This document shows positions 1 through 9,078 of a DNA stretch of 34,857 nt, in pieces (within the stretch, counting starts at the first letter, position 1; every line of letters begins with the position of its first letter). Below the pieces are notes generated by a model. It had not been told where the DNA came from. It was given only the letters and a program-made list of their open reading frames with translations, and searched no databases. The position numbers and the translations under genes were made by a program. Origin of the DNA: an uncultured virus (IMG/VR IMGVR_UViG_3300038489_000010) (lineage: Duplodnaviria > Heunggongvirae > Uroviricota > Caudoviricetes); the IMG/VR virus record IMGVR_UViG_3300038489_000010; one strand, 5' to 3'.

Positions 1-51
1 TCTGTAAATACTATAGGAGTAGATGATGTTGATACACTGTTTAATAATTAA
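1..51 (+). CDS. 3' end of upstream gene (partial), ...SVNTIGVDDVDTLFNN*
   Basis: Open frame to TAA at 49-51; ending resembles the C-terminus of the next ORF (TINAISNSEIDSLFN). Confidence 0.55.
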   Translation, partial: SVNTIGVDDVDTLFNN

Positions 52-60
52 TGATGTATT

Positions 61-339
61 ATGGCATATTTAGATTACAAAGGTTTAACAGAACTTGTTT
101 CAAAGATTAAAAGTATTAACTCTAATTTCGCAGCTTCTCTTAACAAAGAAATATCTGATAGGACATCTGCTATTAGTAATATTAATACAACTTTAGGAAA
201 ACAGACTGTTGTAACGACTGACGCAACTGATACTGAAAGTGCAAAAGTTGCTTTTACTTATGCAACTGGAAACACAACGACTAAGACAGTCACTATAAAT
301 GCTATCTCTAATTCTGAGATAGACTCTTTGTTTAACTAA
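61..339 (+). CDS. Small fibre-associated hypothetical protein (92 aa)
   Basis: Uninterrupted ORF; N-terminal YLDYKGL and KEISDR coiled-coil segment resemble the N-terminus of the 1173 gene. Confidence 0.7.
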   Translation: MAYLDYKGLTELVSKIKSINSNFAASLNKEISDRTSAISNINTTLGKQTVVTTDATDTESAKVAFTYATGNTTTKTVTINAISNSEIDSLFN

Positions 340-364
340 TTTATTAACTTTTTAAATTTAATAA

Positions 365-1096
365 ATGGACGAAAAAATTTATACAAGCGATTCTGCTTCA
401 AATTTTAGTAATGGCGCTATGATGGGTGCTATGCTTGGTAAAGATAATGATAATGCGTTGGCTCTTGCTAATGGTGGTTTAAACAACTGGATGAACAATC
501 CATTCGCTTACCTTATGTTTATGATGATTCCTGCTATTTGGGGCGGAAATGGATTTAATGGCAACAACAATGCTGTTAATGCTCAACTGCAGAGTTTGCA
601 AACTTAGATCTCTGATAATCACAACAATGACCTGACAATGCAGGCTATTAATGGTAGTCATGCTGCTATTACTCAGCTTGCACAGACTTTGAATGTTGGT
701 TTCGATCAGGTTCAGGGTGCAGTTAACCAGCTTGGTCAGCTGATGTAGGGTGGTATGAATAATGTTAATACATCTATTCTATCACAAGGTTATCAAAACC
801 AACTTAATAATTGTAATCAGACTAATACAATCTTGATGCAGTCTCAGGCTCTTCAGAACACAATTCAGAATGAAGTCACTGCGCTTGGTTATCAGTCTGA
901 GCGAAATAGTAGTGCTATACAGTAGGCCTCTACTGCTAACACTCAGAGAATTATTGACACGCTTAACAATCATTGGAATCTGGAGTAGCAAACAACTATT
1001 CAACAGCTCAGGGATGAGATCGGTCGTCTTAACCAGACAAACACTCTTATTTCTAGTCTGAAAGGTACTGCTACAGCAACTTCAACGGCTGCTTAA
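365..1096 (+). CDS. Hypothetical Gln/Asn-rich helical protein (243 aa, TAG=Gln)
   Basis: ATG 365; 4 in-frame TAG in Gln-rich context; TAA 1094-1096; hydrophobic segment NPFAYLMFMMIPAIWGG. Confidence 0.8.
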
Positions 1097-1121
1097 GCAT
1101 TATTAATTCATAATATAACCT

Positions 1122-1152
1122 CCTCTCGTTTATTTGACGAGAGGTTGTGTTA
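1122..1152 (+). terminator. Hairpin, probable intrinsic terminator
   Basis: CCTCTCGT / ACGAGAGG inverted repeat (1122-1129 / 1137-1144) followed by TTGTGTTA in an intergenic gap. Confidence 0.55.
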
Positions 1153-1172
1153 TATTATCTAATATATATAAT

Positions 1173-2681
1173 ATGGATATTTTAGATAATACAGGAGTTG
1201 CTAGAGTTGCTAATATAGCTAATACAAGGGCTGATGCATTAACTTCTGGCATGGCTAATATTGTTACAGCGTTAGATAATATAACATCAACTTCTGCTGA
1301 TTTATAGAAAGAGATTTCTGACAGAAAAGCTGCTGATACAACAATATAGAACAGTATAAACGAAACTCTTACTAATACAAACAAACTTATTGAAAGCGCA
1401 AATTCTGCTATTGTTGATGCAAACGGCGCTATCGCATAGGCAAAAAATGTTAATGCAGTACTCGACAATGACATATTAACTGTTACAGACAGAGATAACA
1501 ATTCTAAGAGTATTTAGCTTCTTAGTAATTATGAGAATGTAACTGTAAATTTGTTTACAACAAAATCTAATATTGATATTGTTGGAACACAACTTAATGT
1601 TTATATTAATAATGATACTACTACTCCTATATAGTATAATGCTGATTCAAATGGTGTTGTAACATTTAGAATTGCTAAAGGCAATTATTATAAGATTGTA
1701 TTCCCAGATAAGGCAGGATGTGCACATATAGCACCAATTGGATATACCGCAAGTATTGATAAAAGGACAATTACAGTTGAATATAAAGATACTGATTCTG
1801 GAATAGAAGAAATCCACGTTCTTACAAGGCTGTTTTCAACAGCAAGTACAAATGTCGCTATAGCAGCAGGATATTAGTGTACATTAACAATGGATGGCGC
1901 TACAACAACATTTAAGACTAATGAAAATGGAGAGTATGTATTCAAAGCCGAATATGGAAAAGAACTAACTATTACTGCTAGTGATTAGAATGATAAGAAA
2001 GTTGTTAGTGACGTTCCTATTAAGCATACAGCCAATGCGGCTATTAAATATATTTATGTATATTTTTCAGATGCATTATTGGGTGTAACAATTCTTGATA
2101 AGAATTTAAATACTTATACAGCAAAAGAGTGGTCTGATGCTGGTAAATCTAAACAGGATGCATTCCTAATTAGAATTGCTTCTACTACATCTTATAATCG
2201 TGGAGCAGATATTTATATTGATGCTCAAGCAATTGCCAATAAAGTATATACTAAGTCACCTTGGCAGAGTACAAATGATAATCTGTTGCTAGATTGTCCA
2301 TCAACCGTTGATACTTGGAATGGAATGCAGCAATGTGATAATTATATTGCATAGGCGAAATCTAATGGAGTAACAGTTCCGGCTATAGATAAATCAATGT
2401 CTTATTCATTAACTGATAATAATGGTGGAGTTTGGAAAGGATATTTAGGCTCTAAAGAACAATGGGAATTAACTTGGGTTAATATAAATGAATTGGACAC
2501 AGTGTTTACTGTCATATTCGGAGACGGTGTTACTATGAGCGGAAGCTATTCTGATTGGAAGTGGACTTCTACGCAGATCAATAGCAGCAGCGCGTGGTAC
2601 TTCAGTACCTACTCCAGCAGCTACGGTAAGAACTACAGCAAGTATGTTGTTCCCTTTTTTTTGCTTTCAATAAATAATTAA
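1173..2681 (+). CDS. DGR target protein (502 aa): N-terminal coiled coil, beta-rich middle, C-terminal C-type-lectin-like variable domain; probable receptor-binding fibre
   Basis: Single frame broken only by TAG; C-terminus WKWTSTQINSSSAWYF...KNYSKYVVPFF matches the WTSTQ...AW...V.P pattern of CLec-fold DGR targets and contains the VR. Confidence 0.88.
2571..2660 (+). repeat. DGR variable repeat (VR)
   Basis: 90-nt ungapped match to 3107-3196 with 13 mismatches, 12 at TR adenines. Confidence 0.96.
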
Positions 2682-2705
2682 CAATAAATAATAAATATAT
2701 AATAA

Positions 2706-3008
2706 ATGAAATCTCAGTTAGCATACAAACTATCGATAGATATAGTCAAAAATTTAACTAAAAATCAAGATAACATAAAAAGAGATATACGTTATGGTGA
2801 ATATTCAAAATTGCTATCATTAAGTTACGAACTTGTCGATGCAATTTCAGAGGATTCGTCATAGCGCTTTATTATATTAGGACGTATCAAAAATAGATTG
2901 TAGATACTAACAGAAATGAAATTTATTAAAATAAGTTTTGCAACTATGATTGTAAAGATAATTAATAAAATTAAAACAGAACTGTTGAGTCATGACGATA
3001 CAGAATGA
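2706..3008 (+). CDS. avd: Avd-like DGR accessory protein (100 aa, helical)
   Basis: Lies between target and TR; size and KRDIRYGEYSKL segment resemble Avd four-helix-bundle proteins; 2 in-frame TAG; TGA stop. Confidence 0.65.
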
Positions 3009-3106
3009 ATATCTCTACAATGATAAGGGGCTTATACTCTAAACTAGAGATAGAGGAGTTAAGAATAAGATAAGTAAGCCAGATTGGGTTAACGAGTTAA
3101 AAATAA

Positions 3107-3196
3107 ACGCAGAACAATAGCAACAACGCGTGGAACTTCAATACCAACTCCAACAACAACAATAAGAACAACAGCAACTATGTTGTTCCCTTTTTT
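3107..3196 (+). repeat. DGR template repeat (TR)
   Basis: AAC-rich copy of VR (acg cag aac aat agc aac aac gcg tgg aac ttc aat acc aac tcc aac aac aac aat aag aac aac agc aac tat gtt gtt ccc ttt ttt) just upstream of the RT. Confidence 0.96.
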
Positions 3197-3205
3197 GATT
3201 ATCGT

Positions 3206-4339
3206 GTGGAATATATTACAAGAAAAGAATTATACTTAGCATACATAGATTGCATAAAAAGAAAACGCTCTTCTAAAGGATTTCTTTAGTATTATGAGAA
3301 TTGGATAGAAAATAACGAATAGTTATATTTAGATTTAAATAATTAGACATATAAAATAGGAGTAAGTAAAGCTTTTATAGTTACTAGGCCAAAGTTAAGA
3401 GAAGTATTTTGTGCTTAGTTTAGAGATAGGATTGTACATCATTTGATATATAATAAGTTTAATAAAATATTTGAAGAATAGATGATAGACAATTCTTTTT
3501 CGTGCAGAAAAGGTAAAGGAACATTATATGGAATTAATACCGCTACAAATATTATAAAAGACATGAGTAATAACTATACAAAAGAAACATGGATTTTAAA
3601 GTGTGATATAAAAGGTTTCTTTATGTCTATTAATAGGTAGTTATTATATTCTATTATTAAACGATATATAAAATCTAATTACTTTGAATCAGATTTAAAA
3701 TGGTGGTTATGGCTATTAAAACTTGTAATACTAAATAAACCTGAATAGAATTGTATAAAAGTAGGAGATTTAACTTTATGGAATAAGTTACATAAAGAAA
3801 AATCTTTATTTAATACTAATGGTATAGGTTTACCAATTGGAAATTTAACATCATAGGTGTTTGCAAATTTGTTTTTATCTAGTACTGATAAATATATATT
3901 GTCGTTTGGAGTTGGTTATGTTCGATACGTTGACGACATGTTATTTATATTAAATGACAAAAATAAATTACTAAGTCTTATAGACATAGTAAAACATAAA
4001 TTAAAATAGATTGGTGTAACGTTACATCCAAAAAAGATATATATTCAAGAATCACATAAAGGAGTATTGTTTATAGGAGAGTATATAATGCCAAATAGGA
4101 TATATACGTCAAATAGATGTATAAACAATATGATTATGTGTATTCATAATTGGAATAATATAGAAAATCCAACTCAAAATCAAATAGATAATTTTCTATA
4201 TAAAATTAATAGTTATTTTGGATTTTTAAAACATACAAATTCATATGGTATTAAATATAGAATGTGGAACATGATAAATCATAAGAATCTTATTTGGTGT
4301 AAAAACATGATCTATATAAAACAAATTAAACATAATTAA
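3206..4339 (+). CDS. DGR reverse transcriptase (about 377 aa, GTG start inferred)
   Basis: Motifs PKLREVFCAQFRDRIVHH, KCDIKGFF, GLPIGNLTSQVFAN (Q is TAG 3854-3856), YVRYVDD (YVDD 3926-3937); 9 in-frame TAG, no TAA/TGA before 4337. Confidence 0.95.
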
Positions 4340-4340
4340 C

Positions 4341-4904
4341 ATGAATTTTGTAAATGCAATTATTCCGAAACAGGAATATAAAGACAAAGATAGTCTTGGA
4401 TCAAAAATTATTGTACATTTTAATCCTGTAGAAAAAGATGGAAATGTATATTGTGCAGAAACTATAGTTGATGAATATAATGAAGATGAAATAAATTCTG
4501 CATATTCATAGTGGAAGAAACGCATTGATGACGAATAGCTAAAAATTGCTAAGAATAATAAGATTAATGATATTTCAAAATATGATACATCAGACGCTGT
4601 AAATAGTTTTTCTATTAACGGAGTATCTATTTGGCTTAACAGAAATGATAGAAATGCTTTAATGCGTCGTTTTGAAGCAGAGAAAGCTTCTGGTATTGAG
4701 AATACAACGTTATGGTATGGTATAAACAAATTCAATCTTACTGTTGATAATGCTATTAATATGCTAAATAGTATAGAAGTATATGCATGTAAATGCTACG
4801 ATACTACATCATCTCATAAAGCAGCTGTTGAAGCTTTAACATCTATTGACGATGTGAATAATTATAATTACAAAACAGGTTATCCAGATAAAGTAAATCT
4901 GTAA
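4341..4904 (+). CDS. DUF4376-like tail-fibre-associated protein (187 aa)
   Basis: YDTSDAVNSFSINGVSIWL...IEVYACKCYDTTSSHKAAVEAL...YNYKTGYP pattern; 2 TAG. Confidence 0.72.
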
Positions 4905-5179
4905 TGTTAAAAGGTATATTCTGGAAGCCTGGTATTAATGGATTAGGTGTATTTGGCTTTCATAAGCTTCCGTATGCTAAATTGTTTGATAAAGCTGCAA
5001 GATAGCATGATTCTGATTATGACCTAAACGGTACATGGAAGAACAGAAGGTGTGCTGATATAAGGTTTCTTAAAAATGAATTAAATGTTTCACATAGCGC
5101 AGTCCAAATAGATTTTGCAATATTATATTATATATTAGTCAGACTATTTGGATGGGCTTTTTATAGATATAATAGATGA
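4904..5179 (+). CDS. Small protein with HD motif, DUF1353 / phospholipase-A2-like (91 aa)
   Basis: AARQHDSDYD...RRCADIRFL...YYILVRLFGW; TAATG overlap upstream and ATGA overlap downstream. Confidence 0.6.
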
Positions 5180-5655
5180 GTTTATATAATTTAATACAAG
5201 CATACAATAATGGCTCAGAAGAGTCTATGTATAAATCTATTAAAATTATTTCTGATTTTATAAATGATAAATTATCAGATGACGATAAGAATTGTTTAAA
5301 TAGATGTGTATACGGAATTGTCTCTAATTGCCACTATAATAAAGAATTTGCGCAAGAAGATATAGACAAGATGAAAATGTCAGATGGATCTGACATTAAA
5401 TTCATTGGACTTGATATTGCTAAATCTTGGTTTAATCAGTCGAATGTTAATAGTGCATACAATATATATGATTTCTGGGTTACATGCAATATGCTGTTAA
5501 CAGATGATTATGGTATGCTTAAGAAGTGGTTTCCAAATTATACAGATGACCAAATAATGTAGAAAGTTCATGAGTCTGCTATTAATTGGCTTAACGATGA
5601 CGATAATCCATTTGGAACAAGTAAAATTTGGTGTTATTTTAATTCAAAGAAATGA
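5176..5655 (+). CDS. Hypothetical protein (159 aa)
   Basis: ORF 5176 extends through TAG 5560 to TGA 5653-5655, overlapping the next ATG. Confidence 0.8.
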
Positions 5656-6056
5656 AGCTAACATTAAAAAGAATTGCTCTTAAACAAACTTATACAATAG
5701 GACATTTGTATATAGATGGTGAATATTTCTGTGACACAATTGAGGATAAAGTTAGAGATTTAAAAAAAGAACCAAAAATTAAAGGATAGACAGCTATACC
5801 ATATGGAACTTATGAAGTTACATGGTCTTATTCTCCAAGGTTTAAGAAGTTTACTCCAAGATTATAGAATGTTCCTCAGTTTAGTGGAGTTCTCATACAC
5901 AGTGGAAACACAGCAGCTGATACAGAGGGCTGTATAATAGTTGGCGAGAATAAAATTGTAGGTAAAGTTATAAATTCAAGATCAACGGTTAATAAATTAT
6001 ACCCAATTATACAGAAAGCTTGTAAAGAGGGTAAAGTAACAATAGAAATAGTATGA
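5652..6056 (+). CDS. DUF5675-family protein, putative endolysin (134 aa)
   Basis: MKLTLKR...YTIGHLYIDGEYFCDTIED...TAIPYGTY...LIHSGNTAADTEGCIIVG signature; 2 TAG. Confidence 0.82.
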
Positions 6057-6514
6057 TATTTAAAGATATAAAACAAGGAGATGCTATCTATCTGTTTGAT
6101 AGAAACGATATATCAGTACAGACAGGTAAGGTTACAGCTGTTAGCGGATCTCATGCTGGAAAGTATAACAATACGTTTGAGATGGTTGTTGATATAACTA
6201 TTGATGTTGATGGAAAATCGCAAACATATACGTTTAAAGATAGTAATGAAGTTAGTTATACTGGATAGATAATGATAACTCCGAATAGAGATAATATCAT
6301 CAGAGAAGTTAAACAGCTTAAGAGCCAGGCTGAAGATGTACTTAAGAATGTTGAGAAGAGTAAAGTAACCATAGAAAAGTGTTCTTCTCTTATTGCTGAT
6401 TTCGATCCTGTTTATAAGGAACGTAAATAGAATGATGAGAGATATTCTAAGTTAGAATCAGAGATAGCTAGTATCAAAGAAATGATAACTAATTTGGCTA
6501 ATAAGAATGTTTGA
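6053..6514 (+). CDS. Hypothetical protein with C-terminal coiled coil (153 aa)
   Basis: Read-through of 2 TAG to TGA 6512-6514; ATGA overlap with upstream gene. Confidence 0.8.
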
Positions 6515-7019
6515 CATACAAGGTACAAAAATTAAACTCAGTACAGACGATTTAGCTATTCCTCCATTCAAAGATTATTATAACAATGCTAATGACAAAA
6601 CAAGAGCTTTAAAAGATATAGAATATGTTATCTGGTTATATAAATGGAATAGTCCATACGATGCATACCCAGAAAAACAGAGAGCAAGCGTTCTTGGAAA
6701 GGATTTATATGGAGACGAATAGTTTAAGCCTAGTACTGAATTAAAACAATTAGGGAAACGATTTTTAGAGTTTTAGGAAACACCTGGAACTAGATTGCTA
6801 GCTGCATCTAAGAAAGCTGCAGAAGGTCTTATAGAGTCTCTAGAATCTTATTCTCAAGATGCTATGGATATTGATACCGCACTTAAGATAACTAGAATAC
6901 TTAAAGATGTTGGCAATATAGTTAAATCTCTGGATACTGCTGAAAAACAAGCAAAGGCAGAACAGATGGAAACAGGTAAGATTAAAGGAGGAGGTTATCT
7001 TAACGCCTTTGAGATATAA
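6507..7019 (+). CDS. Conserved protein upstream of terminase (possible small terminase subunit, 170 aa)
   Basis: ORF-track fragments 6507 and 6795 share a frame joined by TAG; TAATG coupling to terL; function inferred from position only. Confidence 0.65.
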
Positions 7020-9076
7020 TGATAGATTTTAATGAGAGATATAAAGACACAGATAAATTCAGATAGCCAGCTATATACTTTGAATAGCATGGTTATTATA
7101 CGCCGGCCCCACCAAATACAACTGATTATAATACATATTGGGAGCGCGAAGCACAGCGATGTCTAAATGGATATACAGCTCCTGATGGTCAATGGATAAC
7201 TGGTTATAACTACTTCTATCTTAATTATAGTCCTATTATGAAACTTGTTGAGACTGAGTATACTGATAGAAACGGAAATAAAAGAACTAGACGAGAGCGT
7301 TTATTTAAGTTCCCAGACTTCTGGGATTATGATACACACTACTTTAAAGCTATAGAAGAAGCAGAAGCTGAAGGTAGGCATATGGTTGTGTTAAAGGCTC
7401 GTGCTAGAGGATATTCGTTTAAAGGAGCATCTATGCTGTGTCGTAATTATTTTCTCATTAAGAAATCTAAAAGCTTTGCTGTTGCATCAGAACAGAAATA
7501 TCTAACAGGTGATGGCTTGTTAACTAAAGCTTGGTAGATAATGGATTTCTTAGACAAGAATACTGGATGGGCTAAGCGAAGACTTAAATCAACATCTCTA
7601 GAACGTACGTCTGGATTTAAGATAAAAGATGAGATAACTGGTAAGGAAGTTGAAGATGGTTATCAATCCAGTATAATGGGTATAACACTTAAAAATGACC
7701 CAGAACGTATTCGTGGTACTCGTGGTAAACTTGTGCTATGGGAAGAGGCTGGTAAATTTCCAGATATTAAATAGGCATGGCAGATAGAACGCCCTGCACT
7801 TGAAGATGATGCTGGTAATGCATTCGGTTTGATGATTGCGTTCGGTACTGGTGGTGAAGAGGGAGCTGACTTTGAAGGACTACAAGACATATTCTATCAT
7901 CCTGATGGATTCAACTGTTTGGAATTTCCGAACATTTGGGATACAGGAATGAATGATTAGAAATGTGGATTCTTCGTTCCAGCTTGGTCTAATTTGTATT
8001 CAACAGATCATCCAGAATGCATGGATGAATATGGTAACACAAATAGATCTCCAGCTATTAAAGTTCTCATGGAACAACGTGAACGTGTTCGACAAGGATA
8101 GCCAGATGAAACTGTAACAGATAGATATATAGCAGAGCACCCTATAACACCACAGGAAGCTATACTTGAGGTAGGTAAAAACATATTTCCTAAGAAACAA
8201 TTATAGATGTAGTTATCTCATATAAGAACTAATACTAAGCTTTAGAATATGAAGCACATAGTTGATCTCACATGGGGTGGAGACGGATAGGTTATAGCAA
8301 CAGAAAAGAAATCTGGTGATATAACAAACTACCCTCTTAAGAATGGACAAAAACCAGAAGGATCTGTTGTTATATGGGAATATCCAATTAAAGATCCTCC
8401 ATTTGGTTTATATATCGCAGGATGCGATCCTTATGACCATGATGGATCATTAACCAACTCTTTAGGTTCTACATTTATATATAAGCGTTTTCAACCTGGC
8501 GAAGCTTGGACTGATTGTATTGTTGCTGAATATAGTGGTAGACCAGCTACTGCTGAAGAATATTATGAAAATGTTAGAAAACTTCTAACATTATATAATG
8601 CTAAGTTACTTTTTGAGAATGAACGTAAAGGTATATATCCATACTTTACTAACAAGCATTGTGATTATCTATTAGCCGATTAGCCAGATAAGGTTATAGG
8701 AGAGATATTTCATGACTCAAAAGTACAAAGACGTAAAGGATGTCATATGTCTAAATAGATAAGACAGTATGCTGAAGGCCTTATAAAAGAATGGCTATTA
8801 GAGGAGTTTTCTCCAGGACATCCAAATCTAGAAAGAATTTACAGCGAACCTTTAATTGAAGAGTTGCTATTAGATGATGGTGAACGAAATGTTGACCGTG
8901 TAATAGCACTCTGTATGGTTATGATATATAGAGAAGAACTATACTAGGTTAAAGTCGCTGCTGCAAAAGAATAGAATAAATAGGTTGACTTCTTCGAGAC
9001 TCCGTTGTTCTCAGACCAATGGTTTTAGGATGATGACGTGGGACAACAAGATGACATACCGACATTTACATTTTAA
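7019..9076 (+). CDS. terL: Terminase large subunit (685 aa)
   Basis: Walker A-like VLKARARGYSF, Walker B LVLWEEAGK, FGTGG motif, nuclease IAGCDPYD, and crAss-type ITGYNYFYLNY; TAA 9074-9076. Confidence 0.93.
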
Positions 9077-9078
9077 CA

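Larger units (their letters stand above)
1173..4339 (+). mobile_element. Diversity-generating retroelement cassette (target-VR / avd / TR / RT)
   Basis: All four canonical components are adjacent and co-oriented. Confidence 0.95.

Noticed and set aside
3107..3196. AAC microsatellite or CRISPR-like repeat
   Set aside because: Explained as the DGR template repeat; there is no repeat-spacer periodicity
3206..4339. Group II intron or retron RT
   Set aside because: GNLTSQ signature, short length and adjacent TR/VR/avd indicate a DGR RT
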